Of a stretch of 27,935 nucleotides of DNA, positions 23,784-27,935 are shown in pieces. The stretch is taken from the UHGV virus genome UHGV-0119398. One strand, written 5' to 3'. The notes below the pieces were generated by a model. That model saw only the letters and a list, made by a program, of their open reading frames with translations, was not told the origin of the DNA and ran no database searches. Made by a program: the position numbers and the translations under genes. Position 1 is the first letter of the stretch. Each line of letters starts with the position of its first letter. Origin of the DNA: a virus.

Positions 23784-26220
23784 TAACCTGAGGCTTGAGG
23801 TATTGCTGAAAGCGGTCGACCAGGCGACCCGACCGCTTAAATCCATCCAGACCGCGAGTAAAACCCTGTCGGGCGATATTCGCGACACACAAAAAGGGCT
23901 GCGTGACCTGAACGGGCAGGCCGCGAAAATCGACGGCTTTCGCAAAACCAGCGCTCAACTGGCCGTAACCGGCCAGTCGCTGGAGAAGGCAAAGCGCGAG
24001 GCTGAAGCGCTTGCCACGCAATTCAAAAATACTGAGCGCCCGACGCGAGCGCAGGCACAGGTGCTCGAATCCGCAAAACGTGCCGCTGAGGGGCTGCAGG
24101 TTAAATACAACAGCCTCACCGAGTCGGTTAAACGCCAGCAACGCGAGCTGGGTGCCGCCGGTATCAATACCCGCAATCTGGCAAACGATGAGCGGGGGCT
24201 TAAAACACGTATCAGCGAGACGACGGCGCAGCTCAACCGGCAGCGTGAAGCATTGGCGAAGGTCAGCGCACAGCAGGCGCACCTAAACCGAGTGAAAGAG
24301 CGATATAAATCGGGTAAGGAGCTTGCCGGTAACATGGCCGCTGCAGGTGCTGCCGGGGTCGGTATTGCGACAGCGGGAACGATGGCCGGGGTTAAATTGC
24401 TGATGCCCGGTTATGACTTTGCGCAAAAAAACTCCGAGCTGCAGGCCGTGCTTGGGGTCGATAAGCAGTCTCCAGAAATGCAGGCTCTACGCAAACAGGC
24501 GCGTCAGCTCGGCGATAACTCAGCGGCCTCAGCAGATGATGCCGCCGCCGCGCAGATTATCGTAGCCAAATCTGGCGCAGATAAAGACGGCATAGTGGCG
24601 CAAACACCGGCCATTCTGAATATGTCGCTGGCAAATAAAAAAACTATGGAGGAAAACGCCGCTTTGCTTATTGGCACCAAATCGGCATTCGGGCTCGCAG
24701 ATGACAAGGCATCGCATATAGCAGATGTCATATCGATGGCGATAAATAAAACACAGGCATCATTTGAGGGATTAAACGACTCACTTACATATGTTGGTCC
24801 AGTTGCCAAAGATGCCGGTGTCAGCCTAGAAGAAACCGCCGCGATGCTGGGTGCGTTACACGATGCAAAAATCATAGGTTCGATGGCAGGAACCGGTAGC
24901 CGAGCTGTTTTAAGTCGACTGCAGGCTCCAACTGGCAAAGCCTATGATGCCATTAAAGAGCTTGGCGTTAAGACGATGGATAAAAAAGGCAATACACGGC
25001 CAATCTTTACCATCCTGAAAGAAATACAAGCCAGCTTTAAGCGCAACAACCTCGGTACAGGTCAAAAAGCCGAGTATATGAAAACGATATTCGGCGAGGA
25101 AGCCAGTTCCGCTGCAAGTGTGTTAATGGCCGCAGCGGCCAGTGGAAAACTGGATGAACTGACCAAGATAATTAAGGATTCTGACGGTAAAACCGAGGAA
25201 TTGGTTAAGGTCATGCAGGATAACTTAGGTGGCGACTTCAAAGAGTTTCAATCCGCTTATGAGGCCGTCGGTACCGACCTCTACGACCAGCAAGATAGCT
25301 CATTGCGTCAGCTAACTCAGACAGCAACACGGTATGTGCTAAAGCTTGATGACTGGATCAAAGACAACAAGGAGTTAGCGGAAACTATCGGCATCATCGC
25401 CGGTGGTGCGCTGGCGCTGATTGGTATCATCGGCGGCATTGGTCTCGTTGCGTGGCCGGTTGTCATGGGGATTAATGCCATTATCGCCGCTGCTGGCGTG
25501 CTGGGTACGGTCTTTACTGTCGTCGGTAGTGCCATTGCGACAGCGCTCGGTGCGATTACCTGGCCGATAGTGGCCGTCGGTGCGGCGATTGTGGCGGGGG
25601 CGCTACTCATCCGTAAATATTGGGAGCCCATCAGCGCATTTTTCTCGGGAGTGATTGAGGGCATCATGAGTGCCTTTGTCCCAGTCGGGGAAATGTTCGC
25701 TCCACTGGCTCCCATTTTTGATGGTCTCGGCGAGAAACTGCGCGGCGTCTGGCAGTGGTTTAAAGACCTGATAGCACCGGTTAAGGCCACGCAGGAAACG
25801 CTTGATAGCTGCAAAAATGTCGGCGTCATATTTGGTCAGGCACTGGCCTCTGCCTTGATGGCTCCGCTCAATGTTTTTAACAAGCTGCGCAGCGGTGTCG
25901 ACTGGCTTCTCGAAAAGCTCGGCATCATCAACAAAGAGTCGGACAGCCTCGACCAGACCGCCGCCAAAACCAATGCCGCCACACAGGGTAATTCCTACAT
26001 CCCGGCAACCAGCACATATGGCGGCTATCAGGCTTATCAGCCAGTTACCGCACCGGCGGGGCGCTCTTACATTGACCAGAGCAAAAGCGAATACAACATC
26101 AATCTGCCGGGAGGTGTTGCGCCGGGGCATCAGCTTGACAGACAACTACGCGACACGCTCGAACAGATTGAGCGCGATAAACGCGCCCGCCAGCGTGCCA
26201 ACATGACCCACGACTATTGA
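23776..26220 (+). CDS. T: Tail tape-measure protein T
   Basis: 814 aa (P2 gpT is about 815); coiled-coil-rich N-terminus, Gly/Ala-rich membrane-like segment; conserved position. Confidence 0.9.
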   Translation: MSNNLRLEVLLKAVDQATRPLKSIQTASKTLSGDIRDTQKGLRDLNGQAAKIDGFRKTSAQLAVTGQSLEKAKREAEALATQFKNTERPTRAQAQVLESAKRAAEGLQVKYNSLTESVKRQQRELGAAGINTRNLANDERGLKTRISETTAQLNRQREALAKVSAQQAHLNRVKERYKSGKELAGNMAAAGAAGVGIATAGTMAGVKLLMPGYDFAQKNSELQAVLGVDKQSPEMQALRKQARQLGDNSAASADDAAAAQIIVAKSGADKDGIVAQTPAILNMSLANKKTMEENAALLIGTKSAFGLADDKASHIADVISMAINKTQASFEGLNDSLTYVGPVAKDAGVSLEETAAMLGALHDAKIIGSMAGTGSRAVLSRLQAPTGKAYDAIKELGVKTMDKKGNTRPIFTILKEIQASFKRNNLGTGQKAEYMKTIFGEEASSAASVLMAAAASGKLDELTKIIKDSDGKTEELVKVMQDNLGGDFKEFQSAYEAVGTDLYDQQDSSLRQLTQTATRYVLKLDDWIKDNKELAETIGIIAGGALALIGIIGGIGLVAWPVVMGINAIIAAAGVLGTVFTVVGSAIATALGAITWPIVAVGAAIVAGALLIRKYWEPISAFFSGVIEGIMSAFVPVGEMFAPLAPIFDGLGEKLRGVWQWFKDLIAPVKATQETLDSCKNVGVIFGQALASALMAPLNVFNKLRSGVDWLLEKLGIINKESDSLDQTAAKTNAATQGNSYIPATSTYGGYQAYQPVTAPAGRSYIDQSKSEYNINLPGGVAPGHQLDRQLRDTLEQIERDKRARQRANMTHDY

Positions 26221-26233
26221 GGGGGATTAAACG

Positions 26234-26719
26234 ATGATGCTTGCTCTCGGAATGTTTGTGTTTGAACTTCGCACCCTGCCTTACCAGTCGATGCAGCATT
26301 CGAAAGATTATCGCTGGGTGTCCAATGACCGGGTGGGTAAACCACCTGCCTATCAGTTTCTTGGCGAGGGGGAAACCTCTATACAGCTTGCTGGTACGCT
26401 ATACCCCGCTATCACTGGCGGTTGGATCTCACTTAAGGCTGTAGAGGTGATGGCCAATGAAGGCAGAGCGTGGCCGTTGATAGAGGGAACCGGAAATATC
26501 CTCGGGATGTATATCGTCGATAAAGTATCGACTACACGCACCGAGTTTTTCAGTGATGGTGCGGCCAGAAAGATTGATTTCACGCTTTCGCTAAAACGGG
26601 TTGATGAATCGCTGACAGAGATGTTTGGTGACCTGAATAAACAGGCCAGTGAGCTTCTCGGCTCTGCCGGTAATTTGACAGATAAACTGCAGGGTATGCC
26701 CGGAGGTTTCACTGCATGA
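26234..26719 (+). CDS. U: Tail protein U
   Basis: 161 aa; position and size as P2 gpU. Confidence 0.88.
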   Translation: MMLALGMFVFELRTLPYQSMQHSKDYRWVSNDRVGKPPAYQFLGEGETSIQLAGTLYPAITGGWISLKAVEVMANEGRAWPLIEGTGNILGMYIVDKVSTTRTEFFSDGAARKIDFTLSLKRVDESLTEMFGDLNKQASELLGSAGNLTDKLQGMPGGFTA

Positions 26720-27885
26720 TAACGGGGATGGCAATTGACGCCGGTGCCAGCCTTGCACCGGCTTTTATGCTGACGCTGAACAGTCAGGACATTACCAGCA
26801 ACTTCAGCGACCGGCTGATTTCTCTCACCATGACGGACAATAGGGGCTTTGAAGCTGACCAGCTCGACATTGAGCTCGATGACACCGATGGGAAAGTCGA
26901 GTTACCCCTGCGCGGGGCAGTGCTGACGTTGTGGCTTGGCTGGCAGGGTTCGGCGCTGCTGAATAAGGGGGATTTTACGGTCGATGAGATTGAGCACCGG
27001 GGGGCTCCTGATACCCTGACCATCCGGGCGCGCAGCGCGGACTTTCGCGGCACGCTAAATTCCAGGCGTGAAGAGTCATGGCACGACACCACCATCGGCG
27101 AACTGGTCAGTACCATCGCAAAGCGCAACAAACTGACGGCCAGCATTGCGGAATCGCTGAAAAAAATCCCGGTACCGCATATCGACCAGTCGCAGGAATC
27201 CGACGCGGTATTTTTGAGTCGACTGGCTGACCGCAACGGGGCAACGGTATCGGTGAAGGCAGGGAAACTGTTGTTTCTGAAAGCCGGTAGTGCGATGACG
27301 GCCAGCGGCAAACCCGTCCCGCAAATGACGCTGACCCGCAGTGATGGTGACCGTCATCAGTTTGCCATTGCCGACCGTGGGGCTTATACCGGCGTCACTG
27401 CTAAATGGTTGCACACCAAAGACCCGAAGCCACAAAAGCAGAAAGTAACGCTGAAACGCAAGCCAAAAGAGAAGCACCTGCGCGCACTGGAACACCCAAA
27501 AGCAAAGCCGGTCAGCAAAAAGACAAAGGTCAAAAAAGAACAGGAAGCACGTGAGGGTGAGTACATGGCCGGTGAAGCCGATAACGTGCTGGCGCTGACG
27601 ACGGTCTATGCCTCAAAGGCACAGGCGATGCGCGCCGCTCAGGCTAAGTGGGATAAACTGCAGCGAGGCGTTGCGGAGTTTTCAATCACACTGGCGCTAG
27701 GGCGAGCGGATTTATTTCCTGAGACGCCTGTACGCGTGTCAGGCTTTAAGCGCGTCATAGACGAGCAGGCATGGTTAATCAGCAAGGTGATCCACAACCT
27801 CAATAATAACGGTTTCACGACGGGCTTAGAGCTTGAGGTTAAACTCTCCGATGTGGAGTACAGCTCAGAAGAAAATGAGGAGTGA
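26716..27885 (+). CDS. D: Tail protein D
   Basis: 389 aa (P2 gpD is about 387); last late gene before the expected ogr/attR, which are outside the window. Confidence 0.88.
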   Translation: MITGMAIDAGASLAPAFMLTLNSQDITSNFSDRLISLTMTDNRGFEADQLDIELDDTDGKVELPLRGAVLTLWLGWQGSALLNKGDFTVDEIEHRGAPDTLTIRARSADFRGTLNSRREESWHDTTIGELVSTIAKRNKLTASIAESLKKIPVPHIDQSQESDAVFLSRLADRNGATVSVKAGKLLFLKAGSAMTASGKPVPQMTLTRSDGDRHQFAIADRGAYTGVTAKWLHTKDPKPQKQKVTLKRKPKEKHLRALEHPKAKPVSKKTKVKKEQEAREGEYMAGEADNVLALTTVYASKAQAMRAAQAKWDKLQRGVAEFSITLALGRADLFPETPVRVSGFKRVIDEQAWLISKVIHNLNNNGFTTGLELEVKLSDVEYSSEENEE

Positions 27886-27935
27886 AAAAGCAAACCAAAA
27901 CTTGCAAATGCAATTTTGAAGTTTATTATTCCCTC

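Larger units (their letters stand above)
1..27935. mobile_element. P2/186-like prophage, near-complete (int through tail gene D); ogr and attR beyond window end
   Basis: Colinear P2-type gene order with recognisable Int, CII, gpA, cos, Q, P, O, N, M, L, X, lysis, R, S, V, W, J, I, H, G, FI, FII, E, T, U, D products; lysogeny module AT-richer than late genes (by eye). Confidence 0.9.

Noticed and set aside
1-27935. CRISPR arrays, rRNA, tRNA, IS elements or transposases anywhere in the window
   Set aside because: No regularly spaced direct repeats, no rRNA- or tRNA-like sequence, and no transposase-like ORF seen on either strand.

Overview
The window is almost entirely a P2/186-like (peduovirus-type, contractile-tail) prophage in what looks like a fairly GC-rich enterobacterial host. 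It runs from the integrase end (int stop at 50-52, attL side) through the lysogeny switch (tandem-HTH repressor, Apl/Cox-like, CII), early and replication genes (TraR-like zinc finger, gpA rolling-circle initiator), an SOS-controlled DinI/Tum-like module behind a near-consensus LexA box, the cos site, and the full late region in canonical P2 order: Q and P leftward, then O, N, M, L, X, lysis cassette, R, S, V, W, J, I, H, G, FI, FII, E(+E'), T, U, D rightward. ogr and attR lie beyond the right edge. I saw no tRNA, rRNA, CRISPR array or IS element, and the classical P2 cargo hotspots are empty. The most unusual items are: (1) an extra ATPase-only paralogue of the large terminase between portal and terminase; (2) an immunity repressor with a duplicated CI-type HTH domain and a possibly degenerate LexA-like C-terminus; (3) a secreted small protein inside the lysogenic operon between repressor and int; (4) a Tum-like SOS module split by an in-frame amber codon. 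Everything rests on reading the translated ORFs against recalled family sequences and motifs; no database search or computation was run, and GC statements are by-eye estimates.
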